Positions 62,993-64,000 of a DNA stretch of 64,000 bases are shown here, one piece after another. Where the stretch lies: NCBI RefSeq assembly GCF_009914755.1, contig NC_060928.1; one strand, written 5' to 3'. Position 1 is the stretch's first letter; every line of letters begins with the position of its first letter. Made by a program: the position numbers and the translations under genes. The notes below the pieces were generated by a model. It did no database searches. It saw nothing but the letters and a program-made list of their open reading frames with translations, and was not told the DNA's origin. Source of the stretch: the human T2T-CHM13v2.0 reference genome, Homo sapiens.

Positions 62993-63415
62993 GGTCTTTG
63001 CTGAGGGTCTTTAGAAGTTAGCACCATGGCAGAAGACATGAAGGTCAAAATTAAGAACTACAGGACTGTCCCATTTGACAGCCACTTTGTCAACTAGAAC
63101 CAGAACATGAACTGCTGGCAAAACTACCTGGACTTCTACCACTCCAAGACGGCAATGACTGCTAAAGGGGGTGATGTCTCTGTGTGCAAATGGTACTGGC
63201 ATGTGTGCAAGTCCCTCTGCCCCATATCCTTGGTCTTGACCTGGGACAAAGGCACGTTTCCTGGGAAAATCAGAACTGGCTCCACCCCACCTTTCCTCTG
63301 TTCTCCATCCTTCTCCCAGGGTGGTAAACGGGGACCTGGGTACATGATGATCCCTACCCTGGGTCCGTGAATCAGGACTTAACTAATAACAAAAACTTAC
63401 TGGAAAAGTGTAAAG
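62993..63415 (+). pseudogene. COX6B1P5: Processed COX6B1 pseudogene (probably COX6B1P5)
   Basis: Intronless [36 protein letters not shown]...[12 protein letters not shown]...GTFPGKI from ATG 63026; premature TAG 63095-63097; TSD-like aaaa(c/g)aaaactat at 62980-62992 and 63416-63428. The P5 number is from memory. Confidence 0.9.
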
Positions 63416-63574
63416 AAAAGAAAACTATATGCCTTACATTACTAAGCAAAAGAAAAATGGCAAAGGAATATTAATATTAGACAAAACAATATCAAGAGAA
63501 AAAGCATCACCAGGAATAGTCATTATGTAATGCTAAATGCTTTGATTCACTGCAATTTAAAACGACCAGGATAA

Positions 63575-63958
<384 letters not shown>

Positions 63959-64000
63959 TATGTGGAGAAATTTTCAAATCCACCATCGCAGTGGAAATTT

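Overview
Human (primate) intron-rich genomic DNA from the POLN/HAUS3 locus, which I recall is at 4p16.3. On the minus strand I can splice nine consecutive coding exons of POLN (DNA polymerase nu, A-family). They run from the ATG at 58006 to codon 458 at 2727, with phases that add up exactly; the polymerase domain lies beyond the left edge. About 2.7 kb upstream of the POLN ATG exon, on the same strand, is the terminal coding exon of HAUS3 (augmin subunit 3) with a poly(A) signal. A processed COX6B1 pseudogene sits antisense in the preceding HAUS3 intron. The rest is mostly fossil transposable elements: more than 40 Alus, two long dead L1s, an ERV-L provirus with nested insertions, MaLR and ERV1 LTRs, Tigger3b, MER1B, MER53, MIR and L2. 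I see no credible new protein-coding system; nearly all ORF-track entries are repeat-derived. The best leads are an apparently spliced L1PB 5'UTR, an Alu-to-Alu gene-conversion tract, templated fold-back insertions, a 36-nt U2 snRNA retro-fragment, a GC-AG POLN exon and possible HAUS3 poly(A) versus POLN splicing competition. Repeat family names come from recalled consensus sequences and repeat edges are approximate; exon coordinates were counted base by base.
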